Origin: Raja brachyura
Taxonomy: Eukaryota
DNA: 64,000 bases
Assembly (NCBI GenBank): GCA_963514005.1
Contig: OY740782.1
Span: forward strand, 43,896,001 to 43,960,000
Reading direction: 5' to 3'
In this document: piece by piece, positions 11,020 through 23,225 of the stretch
How the letters are laid out: every line of letters starts with the position of its first letter
How positions within the stretch are numbered: position 1 is the stretch's first letter
Made by a program: the position numbers and the translations under genes
Notes under the pieces: model-generated
Database searches by the model: none
Seen by the model: the letters and a program-made list of their open reading frames with translations, nothing else
Told to the model about the DNA's origin: nothing

Positions 11020-13268
11020 AAGTAAGTAAGTAAGTTTATTGGCCAAGTATTCACATACAAGGAATTTGTCTTGGTGCTCCGCCCACAAGTAACAACATGA
11101 CATACAGTGACAGTTATGAATGACTCAGAAAACACTAAACATTAATAACAGTAAAACATAAATGATAAAACAACATTGATCAAGCATGTGAATCAACAAA
11201 ATACCTGATCAAAGGGAGGCTACAGATTTTTGGCTGTTGAGTAGAGCAACTGCTCGTGGATAAAAACTGTTTTTATGTCTGGCTGTGGCAGCTTTGACAA
11301 TCCGGAGTCGCCTTCCAGAGGGAAGTGATTCAAAGAGTTTGTGGCCAGGGTGAGAGGGGTCAGAGATGATCTTGCCCGCTTGCTTCCTGGCCCTTGCAGT
11401 GTTAAGTTCATCAATGGAGGGAAGGATGCAGCCAATAATCTTCTCTGCTGATCGGACGATTCGCTGCAGCCTCCAAGTGTCGTGCTTGGTGGCTGAGCCA
11501 AACCAGACCATGATAGAGAAGGTGAGAACAGACTCTACAATGGCTGTGTAGAATTGGACCATCATTGCCTGTGGCAGATTGTGCTTCCTCAGCTACTGCC
11601 GGAAGTACATCCTCTGTTGTGCCTTTTAAGCCCCCCCCCACTTAAGGTCCTTGGAGATGATGGTTCCCAGAAACTTAAAAGACTCCACAGATGTGTCTGT
11701 GTGTGTTGTTGATGGGGAGGGGGAGCTCTCCTAAAGTCTACAATCAATTCCACTGTCTTAAGAGCATTGAGCTCTAGGTTGTTGCTACGGTACCAGGACG
11801 CCAGCTGTGACACTTCCTGTCTGTAGGCAGATTCCACCCCATCCTGGATCAGTCCAATTGTGTCATCCGCAAACTTGAGAAGCTTGACAGAGGTGTCTGT
11901 GGAGGTGCAGTCGTTGGTGTAGAGAGAGTAGAGGAGAGGAGAGAGTATGCAGCCTTGCGGTGCTCCTATGCTGAGTGTTTGCGGGTCTGAGATGTACTTT
12001 CCCAGCCTCACATGCTGCTTTCTGTCTGTCAGGAAGTTGGTGATCCACTGAACGAGAGGTTCAGGCCCAGTCAACTTGTAAAGTTTGGTGTGTAGTAGCT
12101 CTGGCACAATGGTGTTGAATGCAGAGCTAAAATCAACAAACAGGATCCTCGCACAGGTCCCCTGGCGGTCTAGGTCCAGGTTGACTGCATCATCCACAGA
12201 TCTAAGTGCAGGCCCAGGTTGACTGCATCATCCACAGATCTATTGGCCCGATATGCAAACTGCAGAGGGTCCAGCAGGGAGTTTGTGATATTTTTCAGCT
12301 TGGCCAGCACCAGCCTTTCGAGTGTCTTTATGACTACAGAGATCAGTGCGACAGGCCTGTCGTCATTCAGACAAGTAATCCTTGCATTTTTGGGACCAGG
12401 GACAATAGTGGAGACTTTGAAGCAGGCAGGGAAAGTACATGTTTGCAGGGACTGGTTAAAAATGTCTGTATAGACCGGTGCCAGCTGTTTGGCACAGAGC
12501 TTAAGAGTAGAGGGGGAAACATTGTCATGTCATGGAGATTTCCGGCTCTTTTGTCCTCTCCACCTCTCCAGCTTATTTTTATTGTTGATATTGGATAAGT
12601 TATGTTTTGCAGCACAGAGGGTGTGGGTGATTGGGTGTGAAGTGGTGATTGGAGGGAGGTGGGTGTAGAAAGGCCCAGTCTTTGCAGACTGAGGTCAGGC
12701 TGTGAGTGGGTGTGAAGTGTTGGTTGGGGTGGGAAATGGTCCAGTCTTTTCATACTGGAGTCTTGCCTTAAGTAGGTGTGAAGGGGTGAATGGGAAGGAG
12801 AGGGTGCAGGAACCATTCTTTGCAGACTGGGGTCTGGCTGTGTTATTTGGGGAATGGGGGGAGGCGGTACCAGAGTTACGTTTCTGATTTTTCAAACCTG
12901 CAGTAAAACTCATTCAGGTCGTTGGTCAGCTGACGAATATCCAAAGAGCGGGGGGCTTTCCTCTTGTAGCTGGTAATTTCTTGCAAGCCCTCTCAAAAAA
13001 GAAAAAGAGTCACTAGCTGAGAACTTGCTCCTCAACTTCTCAGAGTACCTTTCCTTGGCATCTCTGATTCCTCTTCTCTGCTTGTACTTGGCCTGCCTGT
13101 AGAGGTCTGCATCCCCGCTCCTGTAGGCCACCTCTTTAGACTGTCGGAGCTGTCTGAGTTCTGCAGTGAACCAGGGCTTGTTGTTGTTGAACCATGTCCG
13201 GGTCTTAGTTGGAATGCAACTGTCCTCGCAAAAGCTTAAATATGAATATACAGTGTCCGTATACTCAT
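11020..13268 (-). mobile_element. Rex1/Babar LINE, 5'-truncated and frameshifted
   Basis: ORF pieces 'NNKPWFT' (12910-13287), 'RILFVDFSSAFNTI...GAPQGCILSPLLYSLYTNDC...KFADDT' (11589-12197), 'FYTAIVESVLT...LPSGRR' (11209-11565); AATAAA plus (CTTA)n tail at 11020-11040. Confidence 0.9.
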
Positions 13269-13816
13269 GTGAGGAGGGCTCTGACACGGTTGAACACGAG
13301 GAAAGCTGCAGGCCCCGATGGCATCTTGGGGCGAGTACTTAAGTCCTGTGCTACGCAGCTAGCTCCGGTGCTCACTACAATATTCAACCTCTCCCTGGGC
13401 AAGTCCGTAGTCCCTGCCTGCTTCAAAAGATCCATCACTGTACATGTACCAAAAAATGCCTCCCCAGCCTGTCTGAATGATTACCGTCCGGTGGCCCTCA
13501 CCTCGGTAGTCATCAAATGCCTTGAGAGGGTGGTGAAGAAACACATCTGCGCCCTCTTCCCTCGCAACATGGACCCATTACAATTTGCATACCAACCGAA
13601 CAGATCCAAGGACGATGCTGTCTCCCAGGTTGTGCATACCGCTCTCTCCCATCTTGACAGCCAGAAGGGGGGCTACGTGAGGATACTGTTCATAGACTTC
13701 AGTTCAGCCTTCAACACGATAGTCCCCACCAGACTAGCCGAGAAGCTGCTGGAATTAGGGCTCAACACCCTCCTGTGTACCTGGGTCCTGGACTTTCTCA
13801 CCGCCAGGCCCCAGGT
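13269..13816 (+). mobile_element. Rex1/Babar RT fragment, different subfamily, head-to-head with the previous element
   Basis: ORF 13209-13910 'KAAGPDGI...NDYRPVALTS...DPLQFAY...RILFIDFSSAFNTI...LDFLTARPQ'. Confidence 0.9.
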
Positions 13817-14519
13817 AGCAACTTTACCGCTGCGCTACCGTGCCACCATAATACTGTACATGCTGCAAGTTTTCTGGTGCTATGATGGACTTTTGAATTC
13901 CCCATTTTAGTACCAAAAATCTTCAATCAAATCACAGATAAGCAGATTGGATATTATTTGGTCCTGAACGTAATATTTGGCAGTTTGTTTGTAAAACAAT
14001 GCTCATGAATATATTGATTTTCATAATAGACGATTAAACCCATGGTGTTTATTGTTCTCAAGGTACGCTGTACCACAACATTGCATCTGGTGGCCTTGTT
14101 ATCAAAGCTAACATGTGCCCTTGGCATTTACAAGACAATGTTAAGCGCTTCCCATGAGGATAAACTGTTAAAATATGTATTCTCCTTGATTTTGTTGTTC
14201 GTCTCTTTCCATGTGAGTTTGTATCACGTAGTATTTCTTTCAGATCTGCAGGCCAGATATGAATAACTTCAGGGCAGAAAATACAGGAAATACTCAGTAG
14301 GTCTGGCTAATCTGTGGGAAGTTTAGTTTATTATTGTCACGCGCACCAAGGTGAAAAGCTTTTTTCTTCTGGGCTATCCGGTCAGTGAAAAGACTAGGTT
14401 AATGATCCTTCATCTGGATGTAAAGGAGAGAAAATAAGCTAATTGAATTGTAGGGAAGTTATACAGTATGTCTGTGAAAGAGTGAATCCAGTTGGACCAT
14501 AGGGATATGTTGTAAACAA

Positions 14520-15305
14520 GGTAGACAAAAATGCTGGAGAAACTTAGCGGGTGAGGCAGCATCTATGGAGGGAAGGAAATAGGCAACGTTTCGACCCTAG
14601 TTTCTTCAGCATTTTTGTCTACCTTCGATTTTCCAGCATCTGCAGTTCCTTCTTAAACATGATGTAAGCAAGGTTGTCTGGTCAAAATAAAGAGATGTGG
14701 CTGTGGCTGTAGAAGCAGGTTTTGGTCAACACCTGTGTACGAAGGAACTGCAGATGCTGATTTATACAGAAGATTTCTACAAAATGCTGGAGTAAATCAG
14801 CGGGTCAGGCAGCATCTCTGGAGAAAAGGGACAGGTGATGTTTGGGGTCAACACCTGTTCTGACAAAGGATCTTCGACCATTTCTTCTCTCCTGCCCGCT
14901 CTACAGTATACCGCTTCTCTTTGCTCCCAGTTCTGACAAAGGGTCTTTGACCTGAAGCATTGCCTGTGTTTCTCTTCCAAAAGATGCAGCCTGACCTGAT
15001 GAGTATTTCCAGCACATTCTATTTTTATTTTCGATTACCAGAATCTATCGTTTTTTAAAATTTTTGAACTCACTGCCATTCCTTTTCCTTAAACTGAAGA
15101 AATTCTACTCTTCTCTTGAGCGAGATTTCTATCAGTCTCTCTTGCCTTGCTCACTGTCAGACGTTTTGAATTCCGTCTATGTCTTTATTAAAGGATCAAT
15201 GAGATAGTCTATGTGTGGTAGACAAAAGTGCTGGAGAAACTCAGCGGGTGGGGCAGCATCTATGGAGCAAAGGAAATAGGGAATGTTTCGGGCCTTCTTC
15301 AGTCT
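14520..15305. mobile_element. Cluster of Penelope-tail and fold-back fragments
   Basis: Repeated GTAGACAAAAATGCTGGAGAAACT(C)AGCGGGTG...GCAGCATCT arms at about 14520, 14740 and 15217, with inverted partners. Confidence 0.65.
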
Positions 15306-15523
15306 ATGTGTGGAGCCATTTGATCGGGGCAAGGTCTTAGATTAATATTTCTCGTCCACACCATGTTAGTCATGTAAGCCAGGAAGTTCATAGAAGAGAA
15401 TAGTGAAATCTTCAAACATATCTGCATTGCCAAAGAAGAGGTGCGGACAGTCTTAAATCATATTAAGGTGGATAAATCCCTTGAGCCTGACGAAGTGTAC
15501 CGGAGGACATCATGGGAAGCTTA

Positions 15524-15768
15524 AGGGCCTGTCCCACATTCACGACCTAATCCACGACCTTTTTTACTTGTGGACATTTTTCATCAGACTGGACAAACCC
15601 GACCTACTTGATGCCTCGAGTACCTACGACGAGCATCACGACCTACCTACAACCTACCTACGACTTCCTATGACCTTCTACGACCTTGTGACAACCATGC
15701 TGCGAGTATGAGTCAAGGGCAAACTCGGCAGAGGTCGTGAATTAGGTTGTGAAAATGGGATAGGCCCT
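15524..15768. mobile_element. PIF/Harbinger-type MITE inside a degenerate CR1 fragment
   Basis: TIRs AGGGCCTGTCCCA ... TGGGATAGGCCCT; flanked by TTA and TAA; internal ACGACC repeats; TIR shared with 2280-2931. Confidence 0.8.
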
Positions 15769-16189
15769 TAAGGAAAAACTTAGCAGAGCTCTGGAAGAGA
15801 TTTTTGTATTAACGTTAGCAACGGTGAGATACCAGAAAGCAGGAGGGTAACTAATTGAGGAATAGAGATCACATGAAGGCACATAGACCATAGAACAGCA
15901 CAGCACAAGAACTTATATCAGTTCTCCATACAACGTCTGGTGTTCCAGAGAAAACAATCCAAGTGTATCCAATCTCTCCCCATAGCCCCAACACCCCCAA
16001 TAGCCCCGAGTCAGGCAAATTTAAACACATGCAGTTTAAATTGGCATAGTGATCGGCACAGCCATGATGCCAACTTAAACTCCATATGTACCTGCAACTG
16101 GGCTGAATGGTCTTTTCCCTTGCTGTGCTACATTCGATGCTCTACAATAAATCGATACAAGGAATCTGAGTTAGTCCGTAGCCTGGGAT

Positions 16190-16740
16190 CCCTCATTGGG
16201 GACTCGGGAGGAGAAGAAGCTCCGACCGCTGGCCCGCGGGCGCAGTGGGGACTTACCATCAGGAGAGAGGTCCCTCACCGGGTACTGCTGGAGAGGAGCT
16301 CTGACCACCGGCCCTGCGGTCTGCGGTGCTTCCGGCTGCAGCGCAGCGGGAAGTTTAAATCTTCGACAGCCGGCCTGCGGCCTACACCAACCTGAAGCCG
16401 CGGTCTCCGGTGAGGCAGCACCAATTCAGGACTTACCTGGACTTTATCTGGACTTTGCCTCGTCTGAACTTCTGGACGCCCGCAGCGGCGGCTGCGGAGG
16501 GTTGAGGTCCCGACCACAAGGGAAAATTGAGGAGGACTGTCCAAATTTTGTGTCTTCCACCACTGTGATGAATATTGTGGTGGATGTTTGTGTTACATTT
16601 TTGTATTGTGTTTTTGTGTATTCTTTTTCATTGTACCGCTGTTGGCAAATTCATTTCACTTGCACTTTATGAAAAAGAACACACAAAAACACTTTATGTG
16701 CAAGTGACGAATAAAGCTGATATTGATATTGATATTGAAT
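16190..16740 (+). mobile_element. GC-rich non-autonomous retroposon with stem-loop tail
   Basis: CpG-rich non-coding body, terminal stem-loop TCACTTGCAC...GTGCAAGTGA, AATAAA, (GATATT)n tail. Confidence 0.55.
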
Positions 16741-18689
16741 CAATGTTATTTACTGAAATTATTTTTAATCGGATTGAACAGATTAATTAATTTCACTTGT
16801 TTCCATAAATTAAGCAATGTTTCTAAATGTCAGAAAATCTCATTTGGATAACTTTGACAGTATATGCACGGATTTTAAAACATGGAGCAGGGTCCCTTTG
16901 CTTGCTTCTCACGTCAATTCAAAGTCAGAACCTTAATTTCATGTTAACTCCAACACATGACAAATTAATCTCTTCATGCTTTAGTTCAAGGACCTTAGGT
17001 TGTGGGTGCTTTCAAAGTGCAGACTGCAGACGATTTGCAGACAGATATTCATAACATGTAAACTTTTATTAATTTGTAGTTATCTCAATCTGAATATGCT
17101 GAAGAATTATTCTTAAAAATTGTGGATCAATTTTGTTGAACAAAACTCGCCAGTAATTTTGCAGATCCAGTTGTTAAAATAAATCAACGTTAATACATTA
17201 CCAGTGGTGGGGAGAATACTCGGACAGGAAAAATATTTTTCTTGACAAAACATGCAGATATGTTTTCTTTGCCATGACAACCACTTACTTAGGTTATTTT
17301 TCAGAATAAATGAAAATTGTTCTGAAAAAACAATGGTTTGAAACTAAAGATATTTCAACTTGATATATTAAAGATATTTCAATTATTGTCTATTACAGCA
17401 ACTGATGTGCACAAATGGTAAAAGGTAACAGTGCATTTATCTTGTTATCTAGGTTGTGTGCTCTTGACCTTGATCACTACACAAACAATAGCATTGCTCT
17501 GAATGCCCTGATCTTTTATTTCCCTTGGCAATTGTCACTCCTTCAGTCATTGACTTCAATTGATGACACCACACTCGACCTCTGCACTAGACATTGACAT
17601 TTGTCACACTTTCTGTTTACTCTGTATTACTCTGAATACAGTCATTTCCTGCATAGAAGCTGTCATAAATTTGTTATTTTTGCCTTTATGTTAAAACATT
17701 TTTGCTTTCATTATGTACATTGGGCAGAGTAGATCAATTACTTCACTGGGAAGATTTGTACTTTGAACTCAATTACTGACAATTTTACATTACAAAGTAA
17801 AATTCTATTAACATCAAAATGTAGGTACAAATGGTGTCACAGTCTTCAGGGGTTTGACAAAAGAGATGCAAAGTGGATATTTTCCCTGCTTGCGGTTGGG
17901 GCAGTGGGTTCGACCCAGAGGTGACGGTTTCAAAATAAGTGGTTTGCCATTCATGACAGGGACGGTGGGCTTAGATTTATTATTGTCACATGTACTGAGA
18001 AAAGTTTTGTTTTGCATGCTATCCAAACAGATCTGATATACCATATATAAATACAATCAGTTCAAACTTGTACAATAGAGGGAACAAAGGGGAAAATACA
18101 GAGTGCAAAATATGGTGGTGAATCAAATGGTTTATTTCCTGTCACGTGTACCAAGTGCAATGAAATACATTTTTTGTATACAGATCTGCAGTACATCTCA
18201 GTTCGTGCAGTATGCACAGAGCAGCCCACCAAATCCATATGCAAGAACTGACATTTTGGTGGCATTTTAGTCGCAGCTGGCCACAAAGGCCGTTGAAGCC
18301 GTCTCCTCCTCCATTTTGGACGCCCCGTGAACCGTCATCCCTCTCTATGCCTGGACCTCTTCAGGGGGAGGGGCTCCCACAGCCGACCTCAAAGGCGCGC
18401 GATGTAAGACCCCCACCCTCCATTCCTCTCACAGGGAGCATCCTCCGCCGCCGCTGTCTACTTCCGCCTCCTCCGTGGGTGACTTCTACCATGCGGCTCG
18501 CCTAGTCTCATGCCGATGTCTCTCATTGCTCTGTTATTTTTGTAGATCAAAATGCATGATGACTATCACTGTCAAGATCAGTTGGTGTTTTTGATTTATA
18601 TTAATCACCTGGGTTTGAGTAAGTAGAGCATTGTCCGATGTCTCTCCTTCCTCTGCCGGTGGTGGGGCCGGTGCAGCACAGCTGTGCAG

Positions 18690-19300
18690 CGCTCACTGGG
18701 AGCATCCTTGAGAATATAGTTCTCAAGATTGTAGTTCACCAGTTCCATAGACAAAGTCCAATGACTGCAATGGGGTAGAGGTGATTCGGAGAGCACCCTA
18801 GCTTGTGGAAGGACTGTTCAGAAGCCGTATAACAGAGAGAGAGAAACTGTCCTGAATCTGGTGGTTTTTTTGGAGAAAGAATGAGCAGAGTGGGACAAAG
18901 TGTTTGGTTATGTTGGCTGCTTAATGGAGGCAACGTGAAGTGTAGATGGAGTCAATGGTAGGAAGTCTGGTCTGTGTGGTGGACTGGGCCACATCTACAA
19001 GTCTCTGCAATTTCTTGCAGTCCTGGGCAGTGCTGTTCCCAAAGCAAGCTGAGATGCAACCTGACAGTATGTCTTCTTTGGTCCATCTGTAGAGGTTTGT
19101 AAGAGTTACTGGAGATGTGCTGAACTTCCTGAATATCCTCAGAAAGTAAGGGCATTGGTGTGCCTTCTTGGCTATTACCATAGATCTGCAACAGATCTTG
19201 GGTAATATTAATGCCAAAGAACCTGAAGCTCTCAACCATTTTCACGAATGCACCATTGATGCTGATTTGGGCATGTATTCCACCATGCTTCCTAAACTCA
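18690..19300 (-). mobile_element. Rex1/Babar 3' fragment, degenerate
   Basis: ORF 18921-19235 'AKKAHQCPYFLR...LTNLYR...ILSGCISACFGN...KLQRLV'. Confidence 0.8.
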
Positions 19301-19679
19301 ATAGATAGCTTTATATGCTATCAAACACAAAGATATCCATTGCTTCTGGTCCATCAAAATCCTTCAATTAATCTTTCTACTTTCCATTGTTCTCTGCTTC
19401 CTCTGTTGGCAAATGAAACTAGTTTTTGATCTCTTCCAAAAGCTTTCACTTGTTATTGAATTATCTAATATTCTCCACTGGTGTCCCAGCAACCTTAACT
19501 TTGTCAGTTGAAAGTTCCTGCTGCACCTCACAGATTCCACCTGATCCAGTGAATTCTTATGTAAATTGGTTTATCTGAGAATATCAAGGAATGTAATGCA
19601 ATACAATCTGATGAGATTTCTAACAGTTTAGAACAGAGTTGTGCTTACACCAATGCATTGAATAACAGCATTGATGTCC

Positions 19680-20178
19680 AGAGGGATATTGGGGTCAGGA
19701 TGTCATGATGCAGCTTTATTGGGCTTTGATTACATTGCATATGGAGTATTGTGTACAGTTCTGGTCGCCTCGTTACAGGAAGGATGTGGAGGTTTGGAAA
19801 GGGTGCAGAGGAGGTTTATCAGATTGATGCATTGATTCAGGGATATTAGGTACAGGGAGAGGTTGGACAGACTTGGATTACTTTCTATAGAACGCCATAG
19901 GATACCGGTGGATCCGACAGATGTATATAAAAGGCACATGAATATGCAGGGAATGGAGGGATATCGATTATGTGCAGGAAGGGACTGCAGATGCTGGTTT
20001 AAACTGAAGATAGACACACTGGAATAACTCAGTGGGTCAGACGGCATCTCTGGAGAAAAGGAATAGGTGACATTTCGGGTTTTGTGCAAGCACATGAGAG
20101 TTGGTCTTGAAATCATGTTTGTCATAGTTATTATGGGCTAAATGGCCTGTTCCTGTGCTATACTGTTCTATGTTCTAT
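19680..20178 (+). mobile_element. CR1 3' fragment, degenerate, with nested Penelope arm
   Basis: GGAGTATTGTGTACAGTTCTGGTCGCC (EYCVQFWSP), GGGTGCAGAGGAGGTTTA, TTCTATG tail. Confidence 0.7.
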
Positions 20179-20454
20179 GAATAAATCGTTCCAATTGAAT
20201 TAAATCATCCACCATTCATACATAAATACCAAGAACTCACTGTAATTTAAAATTAAATGCAAGCTGATTTTAGCTGTGAGCCATATCCTTGCATATGTAA
20301 ATAAGTAATATTATTCCTTAATGAAGTGTACCAGTCATATACATTAAGGAATTTCCTTTCACTCTTAATTATGTGCTTATGTATGTTGTATCTTGTACCT
20401 TGTACGTTCCGAAGAGTCCACCAGACACTATACTGGAAGTTGGACAATTTTATA

Positions 20455-20666
20455 CTGGACAATTTATTTTTTACATTTATCAAGCCAATTAACCTACAAA
20501 CCTATAGATCTTTGGAATGTGGGAAGAAAGATCTCGGTGAAAACCCACGCAGGTCACGGGGAGAATGCACAAACTCCGTACAGACAGTGCCCATAGTTGG
20601 GATCGATCCCGGGTCTCCAGTACTGCATTTTGCTGTAAGGCAGCAACTCTACTGCGGCGCCACCGC
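20455..20666 (-). mobile_element. HE1-type SINE
   Basis: Minus-strand head CGGTGGCGCCGCAGTAGAGTTGCTGCCTTACAGC...GACCCGGGATCGATCCC. Confidence 0.8.
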
Positions 20667-20685
20667 GAGTATACAATTATACAGT

Positions 20686-20980
20686 ATATTTCGCTTGGGC
20701 AGTTTGCATCCCAGCAGTATGAATATTGACTTCTCTCATTTCAGGTAGTCCCTACTTTCTCCTCCCCTTCCCAGCTCTCCCTCAGCCCACTGGCTCCACC
20801 TCTTCCTTTCTTCTTCCCGCCCCACCCCCCCCCCCCCACCCGCTCATCAGTCTGAAGAAGGGTTTTGACCCGAAACATTGCCTATTTCCTTTGCTCCATA
20901 GATGCTGCCTCAGCTGCTGAGTTTCTCCAGCATTTTTGTCTACTTTCAATTTTCCAGCAACTGCAGTTCCTTCTTAAACA
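20686..20980 (+). mobile_element. Penelope-like 3' fragment with hammerhead-type tail
   Basis: Encodes 'IFRLGSLHPSSMNIDFS'; then GTCTGAAGAAGGGTTTTGACCCGAAACATTG at about 20850-20880. Confidence 0.85.
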
Positions 20981-22339
20981 TATACAATATACAATTGTTT
21001 TATAACCTGCTGTGTTAGAATTGCCTATATCTAATGGCCCAAATCTTTTTCCACTCATGCTGGGATAGATGATGGGTCAAATGGCTGCTTCTGTGCTATA
21101 ATGACTCGATGACTTATGATAACCGGTGATAAACTTAATTGGAAGAACTTTGTTCGTGGTGATATTTTTGTCAGCATGCTCTTTCATGCACAATCTTAAA
21201 TTAATTTAAGATTGCGCATGAAAAAATATATTAACAGAAAGAGCACCATCAACCCAACCTTACGATGCTTTAAAATACACGATGACCACTGATCTCCCGA
21301 ATATGTTTTGTTGCTCTGTTTAACCTGGAGTTTCACAACCTGGCTATTGTACCCAAAACTTCACTGACCTTGGAGAATATCCGGTTTTGTGTTATTTTAT
21401 TGCATTTAGTGTCAGATGGTTTTGGAAGACCTTTAAGTATATTCATAACTGTTTATAACACTGCTACCATAGACCAGAACAAAAATATCTTGAATGCCAA
21501 CACAGCATCATTGGCTCATCCCATGCTTTCAATTACATTCATCTGAATGCCAGCAATATTTCCAATGATGGCCGCTATTTACAATCGGTGTTCGATATAT
21601 CAGTCTTTTAGCAATATTGAAGCACCAACGCACCGCACTATGTAAAATTACTAATGGATGGAGATCAGGGAGGGATGTTGAATGATTTTTATTCAGATCA
21701 AAAAGCATGATGACTGTTGCTGTCAAGATCGGTTGGTGTTTTTGATTTATATTAATTACCTGGGTTTGAGTAACTTTGCACATGCCCCAAAACTCAGAAA
21801 TATAATAAACAATAAGGAAGCTCACAACAGACATTTATTGAAAAAACTGTTTATAGACTTTACAAAGTCTTCTCTGCCATTACATCCCATGATTGTTCAT
21901 TCAGACAGCCAATCACAAACAAAAACAATTGTTTCACCGTAATTACTGGTTGTAATTACTGTTCAGACTTTGCAGTCCAATGAGTCAGGAAACCCACAAA
22001 ACTTAAAATAACAAGGTTTAGATTCAACATTATCAGCTTCATTCAATTTTGCTAAATTCTGAAGAAATAATAATTACTTTTATGAACTTCATTACACTTC
22101 TCTCCACAACCTCTGCAAAATCTAACTGCTCATAATCATTCCATTCTTTATTGCTTGCAATTTTCTCCAGTTAAACATTGGTTAAATCCTCCAGTTGTGC
22201 ATCCGTAAACATTCAGTCATGGCCTCCATTAAGTGTGCTGGATTACAAAAAGCTTTGTGCAGTCTTGCTCAGTCTTATTTGACTTTGCTGAGGTTCTGAT
22301 ATTCTTTCCTAAGATTAGTTACAATGGGACCTAATGGAA

Positions 22340-22601
22340 ACCCAGAGAGTTGTGAATCTGTGGAATTCACCCAGAGAGTTGTGGATGTGAGTAATTCTCT
22401 GCCATAGAAGGCAGTGGAGGCCAATTCACTGGATGTTTTCAAGAGAGAGTTTAGCTCATCGGTCTAACGGAATCAAGGGATATGGGAAAAAGCAGGATCG
22501 GGGCACTGACTTTAGATCATCAGCCATGATCATATGGAATGGCGGTGCTGGCTTAAAGGGCCAACTGACCTACTCCTGCACCTATTTTCTATGTTTCTAT
22601 G
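22340..22601 (+). mobile_element. CR1 3' fragment
   Basis: CAGAGAGTTGTGAATCTGTGGAATTC (tandemly duplicated) through TTTTCTATGTTTCTATG tail. Confidence 0.8.
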
Positions 22602-22703
22602 ACTCCCAAGGGACTGGCATCTGTTGCCCAGATGGCAAATGGTTTCCAGCAATTCAGAGAAAATGCTTCCAGGGTGTTCTCGAAATTGCAATGAAAATAG
22701 TCA

Positions 22704-23225
22704 TCTCTATATAACTAAAAAAATTTTTTTGTGCCCCCAATGTGTCTCTGTGTTAATCTGGTTAATTCCTATCTTCATCCAAATGCTAGGCCATAGCCTT
22801 CCCATTTCCACACACATTTTTCCCATGGTGGCGATAAACATCTTCCCGTCCCATTTCCACCTATATTACCGGTTATTAATTGTTTAAATTTTAAAAACAA
22901 CCCGATTTCTTCAAACTCACCCATTTCGGAAAAAAAAATCAGAGTGACGTCACAATCCACTCGCAAGGCAGGAGGGGCGCTCCAGCGCTCCAACCCCCCT
23001 CCCCCACCCCCATTTCCCCCCCCCCCCTTCTCCATACCAACCCATCCCCCCCTCCAGTGCACTAATCACAATGGGCTCTCAAGCTGCCGAGTGCAACACC
23101 CCCTACCCCCTCCCCTGGGTTAATCGTGATTAAATTTTTTTTTTAAAAACACAGTTTTTTGCATTGGGTGAGTGCTGGAATCTTGCGATGGGGAAGCTGA
23201 TGCAACGGGTCTGCACTTGGTCTAG
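22704..23225 (+). mobile_element. Non-autonomous Helitron
   Basis: A|TCTCTATATAACTAAAA start; end GCAACGGGTCTGCACTTGGTCTAG|T; no TSD; 3' end resembles the 6297 and 47501 copies. Confidence 0.78.

Noticed and set aside
18556-18618. C/D-box snoRNA (ATGATGA start) in the duplicated 79-bp segment
   Set aside because: Ends in TTGA rather than CTGA in both copies; no terminal stem or recognisable rRNA guide
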